This document shows positions 1 through 8,584 of a stretch of DNA of 64,000 bases, piece by piece (the first letter of the stretch is position 1; each line of letters starts with the position of its first letter). The stretch lies in the NCBI GenBank assembly GCA_964594095.1, contig CAZQKZ010000005.1:46921-110920 (forward strand). Reading direction: 5' to 3'. The DNA is from an uncultured Leptospiraceae bacterium. Its GTDB lineage: Bacteria; Spirochaetota; Leptospiria; Leptospirales; Leptonemataceae. A program made the translations under genes and the position numbers. A model generated the notes under the pieces. It did not search any database, was not told where the DNA came from, and worked only from the letters and a program-made list of their open reading frames with translations.

Positions 1-3
1 TTT

Positions 4-645
4 ATGGAGTCCGCACTTCGCTCCATTGAAAAATCCAAGGAAGAAACCAGAAACGCAGTGGACGCTGCCACGAAACTTATTTCTAAAGTGGAACGTGCAG
101 AGCACCGCCAGGAGGATGTTGCGAAATATCTGCAGTCCCTGGAAAACAAAGCTGCAGCACTGCGGAAGATGGAATCGGATATTCAGCAGGTAGAAGCCCG
201 TTTTGAGCAGATGGAAGGTCTCTTTGAAGATCTGAACAGCCGCCAGGGTCAGATTTCTGTTATGACTAAAAAAGTTGAAGATATTAAATCTTCAGGGGAG
301 CATATTAAATCGGAACTCGAATCAGTGATTCACGAAGCCGATGAAAAAATGGACAGACTCAGTGCATTCTATCAGACTGTTGACAGGATGCTTTCCCAGA
401 ATGGGACCCCATCCGAGCCCGCTGCGATCAGCAGTATTTCCGAGAAAAGCAGAACATCTTCTTCCGCAGAGAAAAAACCAAAAACGGCAGCAGGGGCAGG
501 CTCCATTCCCGACTGGAAAAAAGAAGGGATTATCAGTCTTCACCTGAAGCATAAGTGGGATGCTGATCTCATTGCAGAGAAAATCAAACTGGAGCCATCT
601 GTTGTAAAAGCAGTCATAGCAAGTTATATGGCTGCCAGCCGGTGA
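4..645 (+). CDS. coiled-coil protein of unknown function; the frame is open to position 1, so the true start may lie upstream of the window
   Basis: 213-aa ORF with a heptad-like charged/hydrophobic pattern (LQSLENKAAALRKMESDIQQVEARFEQMEGLFEDL), a Ser-rich linker and a small C-terminal domain. No catalytic motif recognised. Confidence 0.5.
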   Translation: MESALRSIEKSKEETRNAVDAATKLISKVERAEHRQEDVAKYLQSLENKAAALRKMESDIQQVEARFEQMEGLFEDLNSRQGQISVMTKKVEDIKSSGEHIKSELESVIHEADEKMDRLSAFYQTVDRMLSQNGTPSEPAAISSISEKSRTSSSAEKKPKTAAGAGSIPDWKKEGIISLHLKHKWDADLIAEKIKLEPSVVKAVIASYMAASR

Positions 646-696
646 TTTTTTTTATAGCCAGCGGCAAAGGCTCATTGTAATCTGACCGGAATCAGT

Positions 697-966
697 ATGA
701 ATGCAGTTCGTTTTCACATTCAGGGTCGTGTACAGGGAGTAGGCTACAGGAATTTCACAGCCACGCAGGCCAGAAAACTCAGGCTTTCAGGCTTTGTCCG
801 GAATCTGCCGGATGGCTCTGTGGAATGCGTAGTGCAGGGACCTCCCAGTCAGATTGAACAGCTGAGTATACTTCTGTATCAGGGACCTGCCCTTAGCCAG
901 GTGGCTGAAATTACCCGGAGCGAAACCGAGGCAGAGCTGCCGGAGAACTTTGAAATTCTGTACTGA
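697..966 (+). CDS. acyP: acylphosphatase
   Basis: 89 aa with the acylphosphatase signature VRFHIQGRVQGVGYRNF and a second motif GFVRNLPDGSVE. Confidence 0.85.
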   Translation: MNAVRFHIQGRVQGVGYRNFTATQARKLRLSGFVRNLPDGSVECVVQGPPSQIEQLSILLYQGPALSQVAEITRSETEAELPENFEILY

Positions 967-968
967 GG

Positions 969-3248
969 ATGTTTCTTTACCTTGAATTTTCTGTAATTCT
1001 GCTCCAGTATCTGCTTGCATGGCTGTCCTTCAGTTCCGGTCAGAAGATTTACCGTATCAACCCCAATTCGGAACCGCACCGGATCTTCTTTCTCTTTGCA
1101 ATCACCGGCTCACTCTGGATTTTTTTAAAGAGTACTGCTTCCCTTCTTCTTATCTTTGAACCCATACCCGGGTTCCATACACTTCGTATTTCTGAACTTT
1201 TTTTTGTATCATCCGCCACGGTCCTTCTGTGGTTTTCTCTTAGCTACCCTCCGGAAATCCGGCCAAGGGGAAGACCGAGGCTTCTCAGCCTCAACACTAA
1301 GTTCCGCCGACTTTATTTTCTGGAGACCGGCGGTTTCTTTCTGATTCTGTTTACTCTGTTTTTTCCCTACCCTGCCGGAACACAGGTTCCCGGTTATGAA
1401 CTGAACCGCTTTTATTTTTTTCTCGCCGTTCTCTTTTCCCGCCTGAGCACCAGAAAGAATGTGCGAAATCTGGAAAAAAATCCTTACCGCACCGGCCTTC
1501 GGTCTCTGAACCGTAAACTGAAATCAGCGGTTCCAGGCCTTGCAGTACTGAGTGCGTTTACTTTATTTTCGGGAAATTATTCCCTGTTTGTGGATGTGCT
1601 CTGGTCTTTTGCACTTCTCTATCTGCAGATTACCATAGAACCGATTCTTGAAGGTAAAGAATCAAAGAATCCGTTTTTCTCTGTGGATACTGTTATCAGC
1701 CGTTCGCCTTACGGGGAGGAATTTCTTGAGAAATATCTTTCCTGGGACGGTAAACCATCAGAACATATATATAATTTTATCAACGGTTTATACAGTCTTC
1801 AGTTTTTTGCCGTTTACCACCGCGATGGGAGTAAGTCTGCCTCAGATGCAGTGCTGATTCCGGATACTTTCCGGTCTGTGGAATCATCAGAGGCACCACC
1901 TGTTGTTCTGCCTGATTTTTTTCTTGAATTCATTCTCCGGGATGAGGGAAAGAACCGTTTCGGAGCCCTTACGGGCGACCTTTACCTGCAGGCAGATCTG
2001 CGCGGCCGGGAGGATGTAAAAAAGATTCTCGCGGCTTTCGCAGTTCACGGCGCTGAAATTGTTTTACCAGTGCATAATTTCACATCAGATGGCAAATTTA
2101 ATGATTATTATTTAATATTTTCAGGGCGGGGCCGGGGAGTTCTTCCGTTTTCGGAGCAGGAGCTTCGTCTGCTTCGCAACATGCTGCGCCCGTTTTCCCT
2201 TGTGCTTTTCAGTCCAAGGCAGCTCAGAAAACCTGCCCTGCAGTCCATACCCGAAAAACCATACGAAGAAAACCCCGCCTTTTCGCCTGCCCGTTCCGAT
2301 GCTGTTTTTGTTTTCGATCAGACCGGTCCTATGGGAACAGTAATGGATCAGGCGGAACGTTTTTCTTTCAGGGATTCCCCTCTGCTGATTACCGGAGAAA
2401 CCGGAACCGGAAAAGAGCTTGTAGCCAGAATGATCCATAAAATGTCCGGGAGGTCCGGAGCTTTTATAGGAGTCAATATTTCGGCCATTCCGCAGGATCT
2501 TATAGAAAATGAACTTTTCGGTCATGTCAAAGGAGCGTTTACAGGTGCGGTTGAAACCACAGACGGCCTGGTTATGCGCGCTCGCGACGGAACTCTGTTT
2601 CTGGATGAAATCGGTGACCTTTCTCTCGAAGGTCAGGTTAAACTGCTTCGGCTTATACAGGATGGAGTGTATGAAAGGATCGGATCCTCCGAATCCATTC
2701 AGGCAAATGCACGATTTCTCTTTTCCACTTCACGGAACCTCGAAACGGAAACCGATGCAGGCAGATTCCGGGCGGATCTCTATTACCGGATAAGCATTTT
2801 TGAACTGATGATACCCCCTCTCAGAGAAAGACCGGGTGACCTTCCCCTGTTAACCGAACACTTCCTTAAAACTGCAAGACAGACCTTTCACAGACCTGGT
2901 CTCGTTATAACAGAAGAAGCAAAAAAAATGATCTGTTCCTGGAAATGGCCTGGAAACATACGCGAACTGGAAAACGTGATCCCTCGGGCTTCAGTAATGA
3001 GTGAAAACGGCATTCTTGATACAGAAGATTTTAAAGGACTTATATCCGATCAGGGGGATCTTTTCAAAAAAAAGATTGAACTTGAACGTATGCGCCATGA
3101 AACAGAAAGGCTTGAATATACTGTAATCACAGAAGCGCTGCGTGAATGCAGGGGAAATCAGAGTGCAGCCGCGGAACTGATCGGTATGTCCCGCGGAGCC
3201 CTGCAGCATCGTATGCGTAAACTGGGAATCAATGGAAACAGAACTTAA
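969..3248 (+). CDS. sigma-54-dependent transcriptional activator with an N-terminal polytopic membrane domain and a GAF-like middle region; no receiver domain
   Basis: About 7 hydrophobic segments in aa 1-225. AAA+ core with GETGTGKE Walker A, GAFTGA loop and DEIGD Walker B. C-terminal Fis-type HTH QSAAAELIGMSRGALQHRMRKL. Confidence 0.85.
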   Translation: MFLYLEFSVILLQYLLAWLSFSSGQKIYRINPNSEPHRIFFLFAITGSLWIFLKSTASLLLIFEPIPGFHTLRISELFFVSSATVLLWFSLSYPPEIRPRGRPRLLSLNTKFRRLYFLETGGFFLILFTLFFPYPAGTQVPGYELNRFYFFLAVLFSRLSTRKNVRNLEKNPYRTGLRSLNRKLKSAVPGLAVLSAFTLFSGNYSLFVDVLWSFALLYLQITIEPILEGKESKNPFFSVDTVISRSPYGEEFLEKYLSWDGKPSEHIYNFINGLYSLQFFAVYHRDGSKSASDAVLIPDTFRSVESSEAPPVVLPDFFLEFILRDEGKNRFGALTGDLYLQADLRGREDVKKILAAFAVHGAEIVLPVHNFTSDGKFNDYYLIFSGRGRGVLPFSEQELRLLRNMLRPFSLVLFSPRQLRKPALQSIPEKPYEENPAFSPARSDAVFVFDQTGPMGTVMDQAERFSFRDSPLLITGETGTGKELVARMIHKMSGRSGAFIGVNISAIPQDLIENELFGHVKGAFTGAVETTDGLVMRARDGTLFLDEIGDLSLEGQVKLLRLIQDGVYERIGSSESIQANARFLFSTSRNLETETDAGRFRADLYYRISIFELMIPPLRERPGDLPLLTEHFLKTARQTFHRPGLVITEEAKKMICSWKWPGNIRELENVIPRASVMSENGILDTEDFKGLISDQGDLFKKKIELERMRHETERLEYTVITEALRECRGNQSAAAELIGMSRGALQHRMRKLGINGNRT

Positions 3249-4419
3249 AATACTGCTGCAGAAAGGGTTTATTTCACGCCGAAATTTCCGGGCTCTTATG
3301 GGGAGGAAAATTTCAGGTATGCCCCTGCTTAAAGAAATTCTGCTTTCGGAGGGGTTTATGGATCCGCCGGACTGGGAAGAAGCCGAGCCCTACCTGCGGT
3401 CACCGGGTCGCTATGCCCCCCGGGCCCCTGAGTCACATAATCCTGATCTTATCAGAATCATGGAAACAGCCGGTAAGCTGGCCCATACCGATACTACCGT
3501 CCTGATTCTGGGAGAATCAGGAGTTGGTAAAACAAGACTTGCCCGCCATATTCATGACCACAGTACCCGAAAAAATGCTCCCTTCATCACAGTTTCGTGC
3601 GGAAGCATACCGGATAATCTGCTTGAATCGGAACTTTTCGGTGTGGAAAAAGGAGCCTACACCGGGGCAAGCAGAAGCAGAGAAGGTCGTTTTCAGCTGG
3701 CCGATACAGGAACCATCTTTCTGGACGAAATCGGCGAACTGCCGCTGAACCTGCAGGTAAAACTGCTCCGCGCCATTCAGGAAAAAATCATCGAACCTCT
3801 TGGAGCAGAAAAGGAAATCACTGTGGATGTAAGACTGATTGCAGCCACAAACAGGAATCTCGAAGAAGATGTTAAGAACGGAAGATTTCGCGAAGACCTT
3901 TATTTCCGCCTCAATGTAATTCCTCTTGTGATGCCGCCCCTTCGGGAAAGGAAGGAAGATATTCTTCCTCTGGCACGTCATTTTCTTTCTGTTCTGAAAG
4001 CCCGCGACGGAATTCATTATACATTCGCAGACTCAGTAGTGGCCTCAATGCTCCTCGGGTATTCCTGGCCAGGTAACATACGTGAGCTGGAAAACTGTAT
4101 GGAGCGAATGGCTGTTCTTTCAAAGGACGGAATGATACGTGCGGAGGATTTTCCGAACCGGATTTTAAAGGAACTGGAGCATCTTCAGAAACCAGTGAGC
4201 CATGAGGCAGCACCGTTACATCAGCCGGTTACGGAACTGCTCCCCTTCAATGAAGTTATTTCTCTGACAGAGGCTGAAAAAAGATGCATTTCCGCTGCAC
4301 TCAGAAAAACAGAAGGAAATTTAAACCGGACAGCAGAACTTCTTGGTATCCACAGAAACACTCTGCGAAGAAAAATAGATGAGCTGGGAATTCAGTCCCC
4401 CCGGAAAAAGGAGGACTGA
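3232..4419 (+). CDS. sigma-54-dependent Fis-family transcriptional activator with a short non-receiver N-terminal domain
   Basis: GESGVGKT Walker A, GAYTGA loop variant, DEIGE Walker B, WPGNIRELEN, C-terminal HTH NRTAELLGIHRNTLRRKI. Overlaps the upstream activator by 17 nt. Confidence 0.85.
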   Translation: METELKILLQKGFISRRNFRALMGRKISGMPLLKEILLSEGFMDPPDWEEAEPYLRSPGRYAPRAPESHNPDLIRIMETAGKLAHTDTTVLILGESGVGKTRLARHIHDHSTRKNAPFITVSCGSIPDNLLESELFGVEKGAYTGASRSREGRFQLADTGTIFLDEIGELPLNLQVKLLRAIQEKIIEPLGAEKEITVDVRLIAATNRNLEEDVKNGRFREDLYFRLNVIPLVMPPLRERKEDILPLARHFLSVLKARDGIHYTFADSVVASMLLGYSWPGNIRELENCMERMAVLSKDGMIRAEDFPNRILKELEHLQKPVSHEAAPLHQPVTELLPFNEVISLTEAEKRCISAALRKTEGNLNRTAELLGIHRNTLRRKIDELGIQSPRKKED

Positions 4420-4429
4420 ATTCATAGCT

Positions 4430-4753
4430 TTACTGAGGACAATAGGTTTCTGTGGTTCTGGAAGTCCAGAACAGACCTCCGAATCCAGGCAGGATATTCA
4501 GAAGGCCGTTATACCAGGCAGTGCGCACTACTACTTTGGCTGCCCGGCCTCCCTGGCAGTATTTGGTAATGCTGTCGGGTTCTGAAGTTTCTACAAGTCC
4601 GAGGAAGATACTGGAATACAGGGGAATTCGGTCCGCTGGTGCTGCCGCCGGAGTCATCTTAGCATCGTATACTTCAAACGACGTGCACGATGCAACAATA
4701 AAGGCAGCAAGCAGAAGGATAGCTGTGGTTTTAAGGGTTAATTTCATATGCAT
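4430..4753 (-). CDS. Bor/Iss-family outer-membrane lipoprotein
   Basis: Lipobox LAAFIVASC. C-terminal KYCQGGRAAKVVVRTAWYNGLLNILPGFGGLFWTSRTTETYCPQ resembles lambda Bor KICGGAENVVKTETQQTFVNGLLGFITLGIYTPLEARVYCSQ (recalled from memory). Confidence 0.7.
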   Translation of the reverse strand: MHMKLTLKTTAILLLAAFIVASCTSFEVYDAKMTPAAAPADRIPLYSSIFLGLVETSEPDSITKYCQGGRAAKVVVRTAWYNGLLNILPGFGGLFWTSRTTETYCPQ

Positions 4754-4766
4754 TTTTCCTCCTGAA

Positions 4767-5087
4767 TCACTGATTCCTTGAACATTTCACTTCAAGTCTC
4801 TGGGGCACTGCAATACCCAGTGTAACTGTTGTGATCAGAACATCCCAACCTGACATTCTCTGATGAACTTCCTGCACACTGCCCCCAGGACAGAGATCAT
4901 TCACTTCATATTTACGGTGCGGCAGAAGCCCTCCGAAAAAAAACCATTTCTGATAGTTTACAGTTGAATCAGCTGGTGCATCGGCCATTCTTACCCGCGA
5001 GTGCATACAGGAAGAAATGCTTCCTGCTGCAATCAGGAGAACCGGTACAAACAGAGCTGCTTTCCTGAGTTGACTTTTTAAATACAT
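4767..5087 (-). CDS. Bor/Iss-family lipoprotein, second paralogue
   Basis: Lipobox AAGSISSC. FFFGGL...DLCPGGSVQEV...VTLGIAVPQRLEVKC follows the same Bor pattern (FFVSGIG...KICGG...ITLGIYTP...VYC). Confidence 0.65.
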   Translation of the reverse strand: MYLKSQLRKAALFVPVLLIAAGSISSCMHSRVRMADAPADSTVNYQKWFFFGGLLPHRKYEVNDLCPGGSVQEVHQRMSGWDVLITTVTLGIAVPQRLEVKCSRNQ

Positions 5088-5167
5088 GACTGCTCCTCGT
5101 TTTTTTTACAGTATGACTTTGGTTCACCTGATTTCAATCCATTTTTTTTACTGTTTATGAGAATCTT

Positions 5168-6508
5168 TCAGAGGTGATCAGCTTTAGATCTGAGATCCTG
5201 GTTACTAAGCTCAAGAATCAGATTGCCATAGGGATCTTTCTGAAATCTTACAAAGTATCCCTGTGAACGGGCCAGATTCCGGGCCAGTGTCATGGATGGA
5301 CCCTGACTGTAGACTGCCTCAGGCTGATAAAGGTCTCCCATCAGAAGCCTGCGGAATCGGCTGATCAGATACGTTAGAGTTTTCGGTTCCTGATTTTCTG
5401 CCACAATTTTCAGACTGTGTAATGCGGAAATTTCAGGATCTTCAGGACTCTGGCCGAAAGACTGAAAAAAGATAAATACTTTTCTTCCGTTGCTCCAGTG
5501 AAGCGACTGTTCCAGAAGAATAGTAAGTATTCGAAAAATTACAGAACGGTTAATTCTGACGGAAAAATCTCCTTCTGTATGAATCTCGAGATTTTTCAAT
5601 TTCGAGGAAAAGAGAGATCTGTTCCAAAGCGAAAGTTCCTCTAACAGCAGTTTTACAGAAACCTTTTCTTTACTCTCATAGTCTGCAGAAATACTGTTCT
5701 CAGGATTCTGTACAATTCTTTTAACTATTTCGGCCAGCTCTTCTGAACTCTTTTCAATCGCTTTAAAATACATAAGGCGCAGGTTCTCATCCTTTTCGGT
5801 ATCAAGAAGCTGCATACAGCCGATGATTCCGTTCAGCGGAGTCAGTGCCCTGTGGCTGATGTCAGTCAGTGCATTTTTTTTCTGCTGATCGCTTTCCCCG
5901 GCAAGAACCATAGCTCGGGAAAGATCATTCCATGCGGTTTCCTTATCTATAATCTGCTGCTTAATCAGTTTTTTATCGTAACTTCTTATAATTTCATAAA
6001 AAAAAGATATTATATAATTGATTATATATAAAAGAAGAATCCGCAGCTGAAAGGATGCCTCCTGACCTGCATAATGGGAGGAAGTAAACAAAATGCTGAA
6101 AACCACGATACCGGTAATCAGAGAATAAAGAAATCCGGACCGTATTCCTGTAAGAAAAAACACAGCAGGCGGATAAAGCACAGCCCAGACAACGGAAAAA
6201 CCGTTCCCTGCTCCCTCAAGGATCAGCAGAATCAGAAAGACAGCATACAGTACTGAAAAAGCCTGAGCGGCCGCAAAAACTTTTCTGGTTATGATTAAGA
6301 ACAGAAACAGAAGCAGCGAAAAACCTGCCAGAAAGAAATCGGTAAAAGCGACAGGGGTGCTCCCCTGATTCATATGCTCCAGACCAAACAGAATACCCAG
6401 AAGCAGCGTGATCCCTGTTATGACAGAAATAAAAAGGACCCTTAGATCCAGAAGCAGTATCCTGCTTGTGGTCAGCATTTCCTTTCTGTAGCCATCCGGA
6501 ATTTTCAT
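5168..6508 (-). CDS. membrane histidine-kinase-like sensor with a degenerate ATP-binding domain
   Basis: About 6 TM segments, a coiled coil and an H-box DISHRALTPLNGIIG. The C-terminal region lacks clear N/G1/G2 boxes by eye (LLEQSLHWS, GPSMTLARNLA). 4-nt overlap with the upstream GT2 gene. Confidence 0.6.
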   Translation of the reverse strand: MKIPDGYRKEMLTTSRILLLDLRVLFISVITGITLLLGILFGLEHMNQGSTPVAFTDFFLAGFSLLLFLFLIITRKVFAAAQAFSVLYAVFLILLILEGAGNGFSVVWAVLYPPAVFFLTGIRSGFLYSLITGIVVFSILFTSSHYAGQEASFQLRILLLYIINYIISFFYEIIRSYDKKLIKQQIIDKETAWNDLSRAMVLAGESDQQKKNALTDISHRALTPLNGIIGCMQLLDTEKDENLRLMYFKAIEKSSEELAEIVKRIVQNPENSISADYESKEKVSVKLLLEELSLWNRSLFSSKLKNLEIHTEGDFSVRINRSVIFRILTILLEQSLHWSNGRKVFIFFQSFGQSPEDPEISALHSLKIVAENQEPKTLTYLISRFRRLLMGDLYQPEAVYSQGPSMTLARNLARSQGYFVRFQKDPYGNLILELSNQDLRSKADHL

Positions 6509-7350
6509 TTTTTTACTGGTGTTTCCGTTTGTACACGATAATCAGACCTTATATTTGAAGGCCGTTTCAGTTCTGTTCGGTCCAGCTCCCATAGTTTTGC
6601 CTGTTTCAGGAATGCAGAATAGGCGGATGATACTGCAATTATAAACCCGGGAATACCATCGAGAAATCCTGCCTTTATAATGTAACATTCAGTAAATTTA
6701 ACAACTGGCTTATAAATAATTTTTAATACGGAGGACTTCCGGCCTTTTCCCTGCCGGCTGAATGCCACTATACTTGAAAATTTATTGATGGTATCAACCT
6801 GATGAGAAAGATCCTTAAATGAGTAATGAATCAGATCACCCTTCAGGAGCGGCCCGCTTCGGTGGAGGGAACGGCTCCACCCGTTAATAAAAATTTCATC
6901 ATGAGGGTTTTCCCCGCCCCAGCGCGCCTCCCCTTTCCGGAACAGCCTGTAACGCGAAGTATACCATCCCCCGTGCCTTATAAACCGTCCCAGATGCCAG
7001 GTAAGTCTGCTGACCCGGGCACCTTTTGCTTCAGGTTTTTTTTCAATGAATTCTTTAACCGACGCTGCCAGCTCCTGAGATACTCTTTCATCGGCATCTA
7101 TGGAAAGAATCCAGGGGCCCTTACTCATTTCGATGGCTCTGTTTTTCTGCTGTACATGACCATCAAAATCATGAGTTTTGAAAACAGTTTTATTGTATTC
7201 TTTTACTATACTCGCTGTGCGGTCTGATGAGTGGGAATCCAGAACCAGAATCTCATCAGCAATGGAAATCACTGATTCTATACATCCGCGTATGTTTTCT
7301 TCTTCGTTATAAGTGATTATCGCGACAGTAAGATGAGTATTCGGATTCAT
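6505..7350 (-). CDS. family 2 glycosyltransferase
   Basis: VAIITYNEEENI, LDSHSSDRT and DADE motifs. The ATG at 7350 is preferred over the upstream in-frame start at 7410, which would overlap the TlpA-like gene. Confidence 0.8.
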   Translation of the reverse strand: MNPNTHLTVAIITYNEEENIRGCIESVISIADEILVLDSHSSDRTASIVKEYNKTVFKTHDFDGHVQQKNRAIEMSKGPWILSIDADERVSQELAASVKEFIEKKPEAKGARVSRLTWHLGRFIRHGGWYTSRYRLFRKGEARWGGENPHDEIFINGWSRSLHRSGPLLKGDLIHYSFKDLSHQVDTINKFSSIVAFSRQGKGRKSSVLKIIYKPVVKFTECYIIKAGFLDGIPGFIIAVSSAYSAFLKQAKLWELDRTELKRPSNIRSDYRVQTETPVKK

Positions 7351-7360
7351 ACCATTAACC

Positions 7361-7966
7361 TTATCTTCCGGCTGCTTTACTGACCGCAAACTGAAACCGT
7401 GAATCTGCACGGATCTCTTCCGGTGAATGGTATCTGGAGACCGGTCCTATAAAATTATAAAGTATTCTCAGAGGGTTATTCTGCATAATCAGTGTTTCCG
7501 GTGTTCCGGTAATCAGACCGTATTCAGGAGAAACCCGGAAGGCAGGGTCAAGCACCACGACAGGTAAAGTGATTCCGTATCTGACAGTATCTTTATGGAT
7601 TCGGTCCCGAATTGCCTTATAGACAGATTCAGGGTCATCGGAATCCGGATAGACTTCATGAGCTTCCGGATTCCCTTCAACCACCATGTACAAAGGTACA
7701 TTCTTTGCTGTTAATTCTTCAGCCATTAAATGCAGGGCAGGAAGCTCTTCGATGCAGGGAACACAGACGGGACTGTAAAAATTGACAACAACCTTAGGGA
7801 AGGAGGTAAAATCCACCGGATTTCCCTGAAGATCTCTGCCTTTCAGAAGTTCCAGCCGGAAATTATCGGCGGGCACTTCAGTAGAACATGATACAGACCC
7901 TGCAACGGCCACTGTTAACAGCAGTTTCAGAAACGGGGTGAATCTATGGAAAAAAAATCTGATCAT
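7361..7966 (-). CDS. TlpA/redoxin-family thiol-disulfide oxidoreductase, exported or lipoprotein
   Basis: Signal/lipobox-like LLLTVAVAGSVSC and a thioredoxin-fold CxxC (FYSPVCVPCIEELP). The ATG at 7966 is preferred to the TTG at 8002. Confidence 0.7.
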   Translation of the reverse strand: MIRFFFHRFTPFLKLLLTVAVAGSVSCSTEVPADNFRLELLKGRDLQGNPVDFTSFPKVVVNFYSPVCVPCIEELPALHLMAEELTAKNVPLYMVVEGNPEAHEVYPDSDDPESVYKAIRDRIHKDTVRYGITLPVVVLDPAFRVSPEYGLITGTPETLIMQNNPLRILYNFIGPVSRYHSPEEIRADSRFQFAVSKAAGR

Positions 7967-8047
7967 ATCTGCAAAGACTGCCACAGCACCCTGAAATAAC
8001 AAGTAAATTATCTTGACACTGAGGGTCCCTTGAAAAAAGTGGGCAGG

Positions 8048-8584
8048 ATGTCAAAAGAGCCTAAAGAATTTGAAATCAGTAAACTGCTCGAACTAACCGA
8101 CAAAGCCAAGTACGCTGTTACAGTAGCTGCTTTTGAAACGGTAGATAAGCTGGATCAGCTGGATCTTCCCAGAAAATACAGCGGAAAAAAAGCATCTGTG
8201 CGTGCAATGATGGCACTCTCTGAAGGTATTGTAACTTACGATTTTATTGACGAAAACCGCCGGGAAGCTCTTGAAGAAGAACTCCGGACTACAAGGAAAG
8301 GCCGGTTTGCACTGGATGCAATGTTCAGCACAGCTCCAATGGCAGATGATTCTGATGAAGAGCTCGATGAAGATATCATGACAGAACCTTCCGAAGAATA
8401 CATCGAACCTCCCCTCGATGAAGATGATGACTCCGAAGAGGATGAAGAATCCGGAAATTCCGGTTCCTCCCGTTCTGATGACGAGGAAGATGAATCCTCC
8501 GACGATTTTGAAGAAACAGACTCTCCCTTTGATGAAGACGAGGAAGACGACACCACCTTCGAAGATGACGAAGACGAGGACTGA
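8048..8584 (+). CDS. acidic-tail protein; the N-terminal about 70 aa weakly resemble RNA polymerase omega
   Basis: The last about 70 aa are almost entirely D/E/S. N-terminal AKYAVTVAAFETVDKL...KASVRAMMALSEGIV loosely recalls RpoZ NRFDLVLVAARRARQ...KTTVIALREIEEGLI. This is a weak resemblance. Confidence 0.45.
   Translation: MSKEPKEFEISKLLELTDKAKYAVTVAAFETVDKLDQLDLPRKYSGKKASVRAMMALSEGIVTYDFIDENRREALEEELRTTRKGRFALDAMFSTAPMADDSDEELDEDIMTEPSEEYIEPPLDEDDDSEEDEESGNSGSSRSDDEEDESSDDFEETDSPFDEDEEDDTTFEDDEDED

Noticed and set aside
3971-3985. TGGCAC-GTCAT-TTTC on the plus strand.
   Set aside because: It has the correct spacing but lacks the invariant GC at -12. It lies in the middle of the EBP2 coding sequence with no downstream plus-strand gene start.
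7971-7983. Sigma-54-like TGGCAG-TCT-TTGC on the minus strand just upstream of the TlpA-like start.
   Set aside because: The GG-to-GC spacing is 10 nt instead of the required 12, and the element abuts the ATG.
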